DNA from: a virus
Taxonomy: Duplodnaviria > Caudoviricetes
Length of the DNA: 64,000 nt
Direction: 5' to 3' (one strand)
IMG/VR virus record: IMGVR_UViG_3300037067_016777
Coordinates: 160,001 to 224,000 of that record
This document shows positions 37,409 to 46,586 of this stretch, piece after piece (the stretch's first letter is position 1; every line of letters begins with the position of its first letter). The notes under the pieces were generated by a model. The model was not told the DNA's origin, searched no databases, and worked only from the letters and a program-made list of their open reading frames with translations. Made by a program: the position numbers and the translations under genes.

Positions 37409-38371
37409 ATGCGAGTTTTATTTTGTAATCCGCCTGGCGGTGCCTTCACATTCATCACACAGGGTATGATTAATGCCTTACGTGATATTGGCTGTGCTGC
37501 CGAGCGTTGGGATGGTAAACGCGAAACTTGGGATCTATTTTCACCCGATGTTTATGTGGGATGCACAGGGCATCGGCAAAATCCGCCAAATACTCATCAG
37601 TGTAAAGTCGCTATCCATGTTAACCCGTATGGGCCGACAAAAATCGATCCGAACATCAATGAATCTCAAGGTGCTATCGATTGGGTAAAGTCGATAAAGC
37701 CAGATGCTGTTTTTGGATATGGGCATGAGTCTGACCGCCATTACTGGTCTTTTTGGGATAAAAATGGCATCCTGTGGGTTCCTATGGCGACTGCTGGCGA
37801 CGTTACAATATTTAATGTCGCTAATGGAGAGCATAGCAAGTATGATATTGGGTATGTTGGCGGGCGTTGGCCGTATAAGGCTAAGGACATAGATGCTTAC
37901 TTGTTTCCGGTTTTACGAGACACAACAATATCACACATGGTTCGTGGCTGGGGAACGTGGCCTGACAATTTATGCGGCGGGCCGATAACTGACAACGAGG
38001 TTCCGATATTATTAGCGAGCTGTAGGATAGCGCCATGTATTAGCGAACCACATACACTGGTCTATGGTATTGATCTTCCTGAGCGAGTGTTCAAATCTGC
38101 CCTAAGTGGTGCGGTTGTAATACACGATCCTGTCCCTAAATTAGATAGATACCTACCGCATATCATAATTGCCAGTAATCCAAAAGTGTTTCACTATGAG
38201 ATCAAAGGATTGCTGAAAGACCCTAGTTGGCTTCCTAAAATAGCACAACAACAACGCGATGATGTTTTGGAGGCGCACACTTATCATCACAGAATGGCAA
38301 CATTGATGTCGGCAATGGGTTTCAATGATACGGCATCTGCTTTATTATCAGCGGTATCGAGATTTAAATGA
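37409..38371 (+). CDS. GT-B (CgeB/GT4-like) glycosyltransferase
   Basis: DIGYVGG, ERVFK, HTYHHRM. Confidence 0.8.
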   Translation: MRVLFCNPPGGAFTFITQGMINALRDIGCAAERWDGKRETWDLFSPDVYVGCTGHRQNPPNTHQCKVAIHVNPYGPTKIDPNINESQGAIDWVKSIKPDAVFGYGHESDRHYWSFWDKNGILWVPMATAGDVTIFNVANGEHSKYDIGYVGGRWPYKAKDIDAYLFPVLRDTTISHMVRGWGTWPDNLCGGPITDNEVPILLASCRIAPCISEPHTLVYGIDLPERVFKSALSGAVVIHDPVPKLDRYLPHIIIASNPKVFHYEIKGLLKDPSWLPKIAQQQRDDVLEAHTYHHRMATLMSAMGFNDTASALLSAVSRFK

Positions 38372-39327
38372 TTGCGATTGATTTCTCAATGCTTAGCCAA
38401 AATAGGCTGCCACGTTGTGCATATCAACTTGCTAATCTTGCGGAAATCGCTGATAGGATGCATTTGCCTATAAAGGTTGTTGTGAAAGATGGCCAATTAC
38501 AAGAGCATCATATACTACAACGTGTGAAGCATTTACTGTCGGACAATTATGATAACGTAAAGATATATATCGCGAAATCCGACACTTTCTTTTTTGATGA
38601 TAATTGGAAGAATATAGCTAATCTACCTGCGTTTAAAGTGTGTCTATGTTCATCAGATAGGATATTCCGAGAGAAAAGAATGCCATGGCAAGGCAGAATG
38701 GGTGGTCCAGTTCAAGATCGATGTGATCTATTTATGCCAGTCAATTGCTCGTCTGAGCTATTAAAAACATATAGTCATAAAACAATAACTGTTGCGCATC
38801 GGCCTTCGACGCAAGTTTTTGATCTGCTTGCGAAGAAAAAACTAGATCTAGCTTTTCTCGATGATAATATTCAAGTTATCAGAGATGCATTTAAATATGA
38901 CGTCATTGGTTTAGCTGGTTTTATGGGCCGGGCTGGTTATGGGGAGCGTATTAAGCTTGAGGGGATGCCAGATTGTGTGAATTTGAGCTTCATAGCGAAT
39001 GCATCAGCAGAACGATATTTGAAGTATTTACTCTCTTATAGGGCGTGTGTTGATCTGCGTGGTGCTGGCGATAAAAGTCTTCGTTTTGTTGAGGCGGTTT
39101 TATTTGGCCGAACTGTAATAGCAAAGCGGCAACAATCACCATATGACCCTCCGCTTGTTGATTGTTATAATACTATTTTAGTTGAGAATTGGGGCGATAT
39201 TGCTAAGAGGATAGATCTTGATTTGTGGAAAAGAGTTGCAGATCAAGCAACTAAAGATTATCTTAGCCATTGGTCACAATTAGCACAATTCAAAATGATT
39301 TTGAGGAGAGCGAAATGGTTAACGTAG
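38368..39327 (+). CDS. Putative GT-B glycosyltransferase
   Basis: YLKYLLSYRACVDLRGAGDKSLRFVEAVLFG resembles the exostosin/GT-B C-terminal motif. Confidence 0.6.
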   Translation: MIAIDFSMLSQNRLPRCAYQLANLAEIADRMHLPIKVVVKDGQLQEHHILQRVKHLLSDNYDNVKIYIAKSDTFFFDDNWKNIANLPAFKVCLCSSDRIFREKRMPWQGRMGGPVQDRCDLFMPVNCSSELLKTYSHKTITVAHRPSTQVFDLLAKKKLDLAFLDDNIQVIRDAFKYDVIGLAGFMGRAGYGERIKLEGMPDCVNLSFIANASAERYLKYLLSYRACVDLRGAGDKSLRFVEAVLFGRTVIAKRQQSPYDPPLVDCYNTILVENWGDIAKRIDLDLWKRVADQATKDYLSHWSQLAQFKMILRRAKWLT

Positions 39328-39614
39328 TTATAGAGTTTGACGATCAAAATAACGATAAGCTTTTTAGATTTATTATAAAGAATCAACCAGATGATTGTAT
39401 TTGGTTAGAAAAGGGTGATGAGATTGGATTCGATCTTGTTGAGTCTAAGGAATTCTTCTATGTTATAGTCTCTAGGAAAGCTTATTTAGTAGGGCAAACA
39501 TGTCCTTTCTATATAATCTGTCGTCCGCAGTGCTTTATTAATGCTGATGCTGCGTTAGTAGTATTAGAGAAATTTAAGGCACAATTTGGCGATGATTTAG
39601 TTCTCGATCCTTAA
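39315..39614 (+). CDS. Hypothetical protein
   Basis: GAGGAG RBS before ATG (MVNVVIEF). Confidence 0.6.
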   Translation: MVNVVIEFDDQNNDKLFRFIIKNQPDDCIWLEKGDEIGFDLVESKEFFYVIVSRKAYLVGQTCPFYIICRPQCFINADAALVVLEKFKAQFGDDLVLDP

Positions 39615-39964
39615 ATATTTATGATTAAATTGTGATCTGGTTCGTATTCAAGTATCTCAATGTCGAAGCGAACAACGTCTTTTAGTTTCCTAGGAAAGGT
39701 TAATTCAATAGCCTTCCAACCCTTTGTGTCCATCCATTCGGCATCTCTCATTTTAATATCAACAACTCCGCACAACCATTCTTTGGGTAGGTTTTTTCTA
39801 ACAAATTTGCCAGCCAGAGTAGCTGTTTCGAACAATGGTACTACAGGGTAATCTTTACCTGCCTCCCACATTACTAGTATAGGTATCCATTTCTCAGAGC
39901 CACACTCGCTCTTTAATTCTTGCCTAGTCATATGCCCTTGAGTACAGAAAACAGCATACATCAT
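39611..39964 (-). CDS. Hypothetical protein
   Basis: 117-aa ORF with AGGT RBS. Confidence 0.65.
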   Translation of the reverse strand: MMYAVFCTQGHMTRQELKSECGSEKWIPILVMWEAGKDYPVVPLFETATLAGKFVRKNLPKEWLCGVVDIKMRDAEWMDTKGWKAIELTFPRKLKDVVRFDIEILEYEPDHNLIINI

Positions 39965-40058
39965 AAACCTATTTAGAAATATTATGCGTGCAAAACTAAT
40001 ATGTGGGCAGAGAACAAATATTCAAATACAAGACTAAATTTCTTGAGGAGTTTAATTC

Positions 40059-40472
40059 ATGAGCGCTCAACCAGCCAATACCGCGATTTCGGTCTATCGT
40101 AATGTCCGAAGCTACCGGAAGGCCCTCCGTCATGAAGCTGTGGCGGCATTGACCAAGCGGCTTCGTCCGTTGATCATGAGTGTGCCTGGCGAGGAAATCC
40201 TGGTCGGTGTCTTGACCAGGGATACCGCTGTGCAGGATTTCAGCCCTTACTGCGGCGAAGCTCGCTTCGGCGCAGGTCGCGGCTTCCCAATCGTGGTCGG
40301 TCTGTACCAGGTCAAGACGTTCGCGACTGCCCAGGAGAACCTGCCGAGCATCGACTTCGCTTTCCAAATTGGTTCGGACATGTTCCTTACCAATGTTGCT
40401 GCTGGTCTCACTCGGGACCTTCAGGGCGATTTGCGAAACGACACGCTTGTTCCACCGGTCGCCTCGACTTAA
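40059..40472 (+). CDS. Hypothetical protein with GC-rich codon usage
   Basis: GAGGAG RBS and its own terminator. Confidence 0.75.
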   Translation: MSAQPANTAISVYRNVRSYRKALRHEAVAALTKRLRPLIMSVPGEEILVGVLTRDTAVQDFSPYCGEARFGAGRGFPIVVGLYQVKTFATAQENLPSIDFAFQIGSDMFLTNVAAGLTRDLQGDLRNDTLVPPVAST

Positions 40473-40506
40473 TGCTTTCGATGGCATTATGAACGCTGCG
40501 TAAAAT

Positions 40507-40537
40507 GAAGCGGCGGCCTTTATGAGGCCGCCGCTTC
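40507..40537. terminator. Intrinsic terminator between convergent genes
   Basis: GAAGCGGCGGCCT-TTATG-AGGCCGCCGCTTC. Confidence 0.85.
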
Positions 40538-40543
40538 TGTATT

Positions 40544-40852
40544 CTATTTTAACAAATCCATAATTTTGCGTTTTCTAGCTTCACATATTTCTCTTATCAA
40601 TATTGCGACAACTGGTTTAACCCCCCATACGTTGCCGGAATTAGAATGTTCATTGAGCACAGAAAAATATCCATCATAGCTATCACTTGAAGACATCTCT
40701 ACTCTGATAATTTCATCGTCGAAATAAAGGCTATCACCATTTGTCCTTGATGGGATTCCTGGGAACATCATACTCAGAGCAGCAGAGATTTTCTCGAATG
40801 ATCTCGCTCTGACTTCATCGTGTGTCATTTTTTCTCCTATACATGTGGCCAC
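40544..40852 (-). CDS. Hypothetical protein
   Basis: AGGAG RBS precedes the internal MTHDE, which is the probable start. Confidence 0.6.
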   Translation of the reverse strand: MATCIGEKMTHDEVRARSFEKISAALSMMFPGIPSRTNGDSLYFDDEIIRVEMSSSDSYDGYFSVLNEHSNSGNVWGVKPVVAILIREICEARKRKIMDLLK

Positions 40853-40921
40853 CTCAATTTAAATACACTTAAAAGAGTTTGCCCGCCAAAAATAATTTAT
40901 CCTATAACATTGGAGACAGAC

Positions 40922-41455
40922 ATGTCAGCTCTAGTGCCTTTCACTGCTTATTTTAGAACAATACCTGCACGTAATAAGAGTAAATGGGATTATATTAGAG
41001 ATTTGCAGCGTTTAGGAATAGCATTATATTCTGAGTTGGAATCTGTCTCGCAGATAACAATTCCAGAACCCGGTGGCGGACAAAATCAAATGAGCGGACA
41101 GTTCGGCAGCATCACGAACGGTGCTGGTGTACGCCCGCAAATTGGTAATAATCCATCACTGCTTATGATTGAGGGGTTTTATACTGCTGCTAGCAGCCCA
41201 AGTGCTCAGCCAGCGCCAGCACTTACGCTCATACACTCGAACGAAGTATTAACTGGACCGAGAGGGCCACGGCTATGGGACGGTACTACGGGCCAACCGA
41301 CAGCTGTAGTCGTAGCAGAAGTATCAACCCTTCGCGGTATTTTGAATACAGCCGCTTCTGCTATTGCAGATGATTCTGGTGGACATCCAGAGTTGTTTAG
41401 GTTAACTTACAAGAATATTATATATGGCGACGCGGGTCAGACATTCCCATCATAA
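40922..41455 (+). CDS. Hypothetical protein
   Basis: GGAG RBS before ATG 40922. Confidence 0.65.
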   Translation: MSALVPFTAYFRTIPARNKSKWDYIRDLQRLGIALYSELESVSQITIPEPGGGQNQMSGQFGSITNGAGVRPQIGNNPSLLMIEGFYTAASSPSAQPAPALTLIHSNEVLTGPRGPRLWDGTTGQPTAVVVAEVSTLRGILNTAASAIADDSGGHPELFRLTYKNIIYGDAGQTFPS

Positions 41456-41475
41456 TTATCTTGAGTAGATAAGCC

Positions 41476-42030
41476 ATGGATCTACGTGACTTATCTAAAT
41501 CGATGGTGTTATTCGAGAATCGCCATAAAATTATTGACTCTCTTGATAGTATATTGCAGCAGATTGGTGTTCCGGCCGATCTGATAGGAGGAGTAGCGTT
41601 AGGCTCGTATAATTATACTAGGAACACTGAAGATATCGACATACTAATTGATAGATCTGATTACGATAAAGTAGCGAATGTAATAATCAATAACGGTGGT
41701 AGTAGTTTGGGTAAGAATAATAAGTTCTATTTATCTGGCTATACTGTCCAAATCTGTTATAGTGGTCTTAAGGTTCGGCATACTACATTCAAGAAACCAT
41801 CTAACGCTGAACCTGGGTTGAAGGTAATAGGCTTACCACAATTGCTATTGATGAAGATTGAAGCCGGCATTAGTCAATTCAGACATCGTGCAGATTTTAT
41901 AGAGCTAGTTAAGAGGAATAACATTTCATTGCAATATTTAGAGGATCATGTTTTTGGCTCATTAGATAAGATGGCAAGAGCCCAAGCAATTGAATTATGG
42001 AAAAGGGCACAAAGCGAACTTGATGAATGA
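41476..42030 (+). CDS. Nucleotidyltransferase (AbiEii/MenT/DUF6036-like, Pol-beta fold)
   Basis: LIGGVAL..Y...RNTEDIDIL, LLLMKI, RHRADFIEL. Confidence 0.8.
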   Translation: MDLRDLSKSMVLFENRHKIIDSLDSILQQIGVPADLIGGVALGSYNYTRNTEDIDILIDRSDYDKVANVIINNGGSSLGKNNKFYLSGYTVQICYSGLKVRHTTFKKPSNAEPGLKVIGLPQLLLMKIEAGISQFRHRADFIELVKRNNISLQYLEDHVFGSLDKMARAQAIELWKRAQSELDE

Positions 42031-42033
42031 TAT

Positions 42034-42105
42034 GCGGTCTTAGTGTAGTGGTAACACATCAAGCTACCAGCTTGATAACGGGAGTTCGATCCTCGCCAGG
42101 CCGCT
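42034..42105 (+). tRNA. tRNA-Gly(ACC), no encoded CCA, bulged T-stem
   Basis: Acceptor GCGGTCT/AGGCCGC; D-stem GTGT/ACAC; anticodon stem TCAAG/CTTGA with loop CT-ACC-AG; GTTCGATC T-loop; discriminator T. Confidence 0.8.
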
Positions 42106-43710
42106 TTAATTAATCTGTTTTATAAACCTAATAACTGGCATACCGTTTATTTTAATTAAACCAGCCGATTCGGCATATTCTTTTTCTGACATTCTTATTC
42201 GTTTCGCCTGATCCCACACAGTTTTCTTGTGATATCTGTGGCCATTGGCGTCGATATACCAATAGCTCGGTTTTGTTCGACCATCAAGAATCCATCCTGC
42301 AGCCTTGTATATAACTCCACTATGATTTGCTCCAACGTCTGCAAAAGAAATAAGACATTTGATGTTGTTTGGAATTAGATTGACAGAATGGGCTAAAAAC
42401 CAAGATGCGAAATTCTTCTTGTGGTAGCTTGGATGTATGCAAAATCTATCCAATTCTAATATTGATGTTGTTGGCAATTTTAATCGGTCCGCCGATTGCT
42501 TTCTTGTTACCGAATTGAAGCTAGTGCAGGCTATTAGCAAGTCGCCAACAAACGCACCTATTTTTAGTCCGCCTCTACTTTTTGATAGATAATGGTACTG
42601 ATTTAGGAAGGTGTTTGACTCTTCGGATTGTATTAGTCTGATTTCGACATTGTTAAAGTCAAAAATTTCTTGTTTTGGCTCGATGCTAAGAATCTTAGAT
42701 ATACGATCGCGAATGCAATTAATACCATAAAACTCATATTCATATATATAATGTAATTCATATTCTTTAGACAAATGTCTTTCCCAATAAGTGTGTTTTT
42801 GCTTATCTCGCAACTGTCTTTCTGGTCTCGAATGCCAGTAACTTCCTTGACACTCAATAAGTATTCTGCGGCCATTATATTCAAAGCCAATATCAAAAGT
42901 CCAAGGACCAAGTGCAATCTGTGTAGCATTGATATTATAGACATCCTTCAATATTGAAATAATAATTGTTTCTAATATTGAAGTTTTCGGTTGCTTTAAC
43001 TTGGCTATCGCCTGCTTTGACTGATACGAAGAGTTAGACCAAAGTTTTTTAGATGACTCAGATATTTTTTGGCGATATTCTTCATTTTCCCAAATCTTTT
43101 TCGATCGCTCTGATTGTTGAAAAGCGACGACTGGATCTTTAAACGCTAGTTTTATTGCATTAGATGTTTTTATGCGATATTGGCGATCTGCCCATAGCGC
43201 TTTAGTTCGTACTATATTGGCATTTTTAACTTCTGGCTTATTTAGTGCTTTCTTGACTGCAGCGGTATGTCGTTTCTTTATTTCTTCGTCCGTTCTACAT
43301 CTAGACAATGTTTCAACTGCTTTATTATGATCGTTTTCCCTTAACATCCTTTTCTTTTGAGACATAGACTGTTTTTTGCGATATTCTTCAGATTGCATAA
43401 TATAATTGCATTTTTCTCTGAAGAGTTTATTGCTATGTAGCTGTTGTGATGCGATTTGCATATTTTTAATAACTGACGGCTTTTTGCAAGACTTCTGAAT
43501 AGCAGCAGTTGTGCGCTGCCTGAACTCACTGTTCTGCCATTTTAATTTACACCCCTCAGATGGTGTTCTTGTCTGTATATTGAATTTTTTAAGCCATTTG
43601 CCTATACACCTGTTGCCGACACTGCATATTTCGGCTATCTCATTAATACTGAACATTTTTTGTTCGTAGTGTTCAGACAGCCAACCACGGTCCTGGTATA
43701 ATTTAGCCAT
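42106..43710 (-). CDS. Endonuclease (HTH + NUMOD-like repeats + Vsr/DUF559-like domain) fused to a Mom-like GNAT domain
   Basis: FDIG...LIECQGSYWH...RDKQK; YHYL, LELDRFC, ISFAD...HSGVIYKAAGW. Confidence 0.75.
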   Translation of the reverse strand: MAKLYQDRGWLSEHYEQKMFSINEIAEICSVGNRCIGKWLKKFNIQTRTPSEGCKLKWQNSEFRQRTTAAIQKSCKKPSVIKNMQIASQQLHSNKLFREKCNYIMQSEEYRKKQSMSQKKRMLRENDHNKAVETLSRCRTDEEIKKRHTAAVKKALNKPEVKNANIVRTKALWADRQYRIKTSNAIKLAFKDPVVAFQQSERSKKIWENEEYRQKISESSKKLWSNSSYQSKQAIAKLKQPKTSILETIIISILKDVYNINATQIALGPWTFDIGFEYNGRRILIECQGSYWHSRPERQLRDKQKHTYWERHLSKEYELHYIYEYEFYGINCIRDRISKILSIEPKQEIFDFNNVEIRLIQSEESNTFLNQYHYLSKSRGGLKIGAFVGDLLIACTSFNSVTRKQSADRLKLPTTSILELDRFCIHPSYHKKNFASWFLAHSVNLIPNNIKCLISFADVGANHSGVIYKAAGWILDGRTKPSYWYIDANGHRYHKKTVWDQAKRIRMSEKEYAESAGLIKINGMPVIRFIKQIN

Positions 43711-43847
43711 ACAAATATATTTGGGTGTTTGGTGCTATAATGAATTGTTTAGTTTATTTACCTTTTGAGCTAAAAGCGGACGTAATGAAAAGATATGCAT
43801 CGCTGTGTTTGTGTGTTCGATGAAACGGTAAAAGAGGATTTGATGTT

Positions 43848-44555
43848 ATGGCTATTATCGGACCGAACGATTTGCCGGTGGTTTTGAAGCTGAACTCAGA
43901 TCCAATGAAGGCTTACTGTTTAGCTCAACTCGGCCACCCGGCAGTTGCCGTTGAAATCGAGGAAGCCCAATTTGAGATAGCATTGCGCGTTACGTGCGAT
44001 TTTATAGCCGGATATTTCCCAAGAGAACAAAAACTAAAACTATTTTATACTGAACCGTTGGTTGCAACATACCCAATGCCAGACGATGCTTATTGGATCC
44101 AAGAGGTCCAGTGGGATCCTGTCACGACTAGGATAGATGATGTGTTTGGAGCTGAGAGTTTCCTCTTTTGTGTTGCTGACAATCTTAAGATTCTTGATAA
44201 AGACAATAGATTGCAGCCTGTTTCAGATTGGAAGACGCATTGGAAAGCTAAAACTCCATTTGGTCGCCGAACGCTAAAGATTGTTAAGAGGAAGATCGAT
44301 AGAACAATGCCGAAAAGGCGATTATTCTATGGTAATGGAATGATAGAAGCTACAACTAGTCATGTGGTTAAAATTGGCGGTAAGTGGCGTGAATTCGGTG
44401 AAGTAAATATTGGCGACCGTGTGCACGGGGTCAAAGATATGTTTGGGATACAGAATGTCGAGTGTTTTGAATCAACAGATGCGATCTCAATCAGAGCAAA
44501 TGGTGCTGGATGCTATTTTGGTTGCACCGAAGGCGAGCCGATCGTTATACACTAG
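43848..44555 (+). CDS. Neck protein (gp13-like) N-half fused to a Hint/intein-like domain
   Basis: Residues 1-107 include YCLAQLGHPAVAVEIEEAQFE. From Cys108 (44169): CVADNLKI, IEATTSH, WREFGEVNIGDRV, CYF, IVIH-stop. Confidence 0.8.
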   Translation: MAIIGPNDLPVVLKLNSDPMKAYCLAQLGHPAVAVEIEEAQFEIALRVTCDFIAGYFPREQKLKLFYTEPLVATYPMPDDAYWIQEVQWDPVTTRIDDVFGAESFLFCVADNLKILDKDNRLQPVSDWKTHWKAKTPFGRRTLKIVKRKIDRTMPKRRLFYGNGMIEATTSHVVKIGGKWREFGEVNIGDRVHGVKDMFGIQNVECFESTDAISIRANGAGCYFGCTEGEPIVIH

Positions 44556-45573
44556 ACATAAAGATTCCGCTGAGTTTGATCCAGTTAAATTCACTCCTAA
44601 AACAATCCATAATAAGAAATCAATAGACATCGATCGTCTTATAGATTTCTTCAAATCCGACCACACTCTTGGCGATTGTGCTATAGAGTTTAGATGCAGT
44701 ACTGCTACTATCAAGCGAAGATTAAGGGTTGCTGGTGTAGACACCTCGATCTATAACCATAGTCAGATCGCTGTCGACCGTTCTAAAAAAGTTCGTGCTG
44801 TCGTTCTGCCGCCAGACGAAGAGATTCGCCATATGCTGGTCGACCTAAATTTAGATACCAAAACTGTCGCCGAAGAGTTTGGTGTCCACTTCAATACCAT
44901 AAGGAACATATCTAGGCGACTTGGTATAGAGAAGAATAGGAAAGATGTGGCAAAATCGATGAGTGTTAGACACTTAAAGATGCATGGTTATAGACATCCA
45001 GCACAACGTCCGGACGTTTTAGCCAAAACGAGGAGATCCAGTGGTAGAGTAAAGTATAGCGATATTAACGGCCGCACTTTTTTGTTCCGTTCACTGCATG
45101 AGCTTGGATATGCGTTGCTGCTAGATAAACGTGGTGCGGAATGGCAATATGAAGAGATGCATGTGCGTTATATCGATATGTTGACGGGAAAGCAGCGGAT
45201 TTACGTTATCGATTTTACTGTGGAATCTAATGGGCTGGTTGAGTGGATTGAGGTAAAACCGAACAACAAGATGATACCGGACGACAAAAGAATATATGCC
45301 AGTAGGAGAGCAGAAGATGCTGGTGTCGTTTATCGCGGATTAGTCGAGGAAGAGAGGCTAGAACTATGGGAGCTGTTGAAATCTGGTTACCGTCAAGAAT
45401 TTATACAATTTATGTTCCTCGCACCTAATCGCAACGCAAAACAGATAAGTTATTGGTTTAGTAGTAGTAAAGATGCTACTGAATTCAAGCTTGATGGATG
45501 GCGTAGACATAATATGCGCGATTATGGAACAGCACTACACACAGTGGTTTTCAGGCGTATTGAACAATTATGA
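44500..45573 (+). CDS. HTH-containing TnsA-like PD-(D/E)XK (homing-type) endonuclease
   Basis: Two HTHs, HPAQRPDV, FRSLHE, WQYE, YVIDF, IEVKP. Start uncertain. Confidence 0.75.
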   Translation: MVLDAILVAPKASRSLYTRHKDSAEFDPVKFTPKTIHNKKSIDIDRLIDFFKSDHTLGDCAIEFRCSTATIKRRLRVAGVDTSIYNHSQIAVDRSKKVRAVVLPPDEEIRHMLVDLNLDTKTVAEEFGVHFNTIRNISRRLGIEKNRKDVAKSMSVRHLKMHGYRHPAQRPDVLAKTRRSSGRVKYSDINGRTFLFRSLHELGYALLLDKRGAEWQYEEMHVRYIDMLTGKQRIYVIDFTVESNGLVEWIEVKPNNKMIPDDKRIYASRRAEDAGVVYRGLVEEERLELWELLKSGYRQEFIQFMFLAPNRNAKQISYWFSSSKDATEFKLDGWRRHNMRDYGTALHTVVFRRIEQL

Positions 45574-46586
45574 TTGACAGAACACTTAAACAGTTTTTTA
45601 CACATGATTACGATTTACTTCTACCAATTCTGGTCTCTTATCCGATAAGAGAGCGGCTAGTTATTGATCCATTTGCTGGTGAGCAACATTTATTGCGGTT
45701 AGTAGATTGCGATAAGATTGCAGTTGATGTTGATGCATCTGTAAATCCAGACATTGTAGCTGACTCATTTAACGAGTTGCCAAAGTTTGAATCGTGTGCG
45801 GTTATAACAAACCCGCCATACGCTCATTGGCACATTTTGCAGCGCGAAAATCAGAGACTAGCGGAAGCTGTGATGCTCGCCGGATATGTTGATTTATATG
45901 AATATAGTATTAGGCGGGTGATCGATCAGTTAGGATTTTGCCCGATCTATGCAATCTTGCCAGAGAATTTTATTGCGTCTAGGACTACCAGACTAAGGCG
46001 TGAGTTGTATAAGCATATCAAAGTAGTTCAGATTCATACACGCTCGTTATGTGACGATACAGAACAGCCTACTGTTTTTGTAGTATTGACGCCGGAGGAG
46101 ATTGATGACACCGATTTGTGGATAGATGATAAATTTACAGCCAAGATTTTAATAACGGCAGACGGATTACAGCCGCGATTAGAGGCAATCGGTGACTATG
46201 TTGACTTTGGTATGAAACCTTGGCAAACAGAGGAACAACGCAATACTTCTATATTACTTAAGGCAACTGATGGTGGTTCTGAGAACAACCGTATTAGGCT
46301 GATGACAGTAGCGGAACAATTTCCGGGTCTACGTCATTTCCATAACAAAATTAGCGATAGAGCCTATATTCAAATAGTACCAAAGATAGAATTATCTGAT
46401 AGCCAAATTGAATTACTAAAAATGGCTTTTAATAGGTGGGTAGATAAGTGGAGGAGCGATACTTTTGGACTCGGCCTGACTTCATTTAGGAATAACTCTA
46501 ATGGATTCAGAAGGAAGAGACTAGATTTCAAATTGGCAAGATTAGTGCTAAATAACTTGATCGATAAGCTTCTGCCTCATCGCTGA
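45570..46586 (+). CDS. Amino (N6-adenine) DNA methyltransferase
   Basis: QFFT, IDPFAGE (motif I), ITNPPY (motif IV). Confidence 0.85.
   Translation: MIDRTLKQFFTHDYDLLLPILVSYPIRERLVIDPFAGEQHLLRLVDCDKIAVDVDASVNPDIVADSFNELPKFESCAVITNPPYAHWHILQRENQRLAEAVMLAGYVDLYEYSIRRVIDQLGFCPIYAILPENFIASRTTRLRRELYKHIKVVQIHTRSLCDDTEQPTVFVVLTPEEIDDTDLWIDDKFTAKILITADGLQPRLEAIGDYVDFGMKPWQTEEQRNTSILLKATDGGSENNRIRLMTVAEQFPGLRHFHNKISDRAYIQIVPKIELSDSQIELLKMAFNRWVDKWRSDTFGLGLTSFRNNSNGFRRKRLDFKLARLVLNNLIDKLLPHR

Noticed and set aside
39996-40487. 163-aa minus-strand ORF
   Set aside because: Antisense shadow of the GC-rich plus-strand gene, which has the RBS and terminator.
44553-44561. TAG read-through or recoding extending the Hint domain
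   Set aside because: TAG ACA TAA stops again at once, and conserved genes elsewhere are intact in code 11.
44500-45573. T4 gp4-like head-completion nuclease
   Set aside because: It shares the RS.E/DF/EVKP core, but the HTH arm and position inside the cassette fit a mobile endonuclease better. Not fully excluded.
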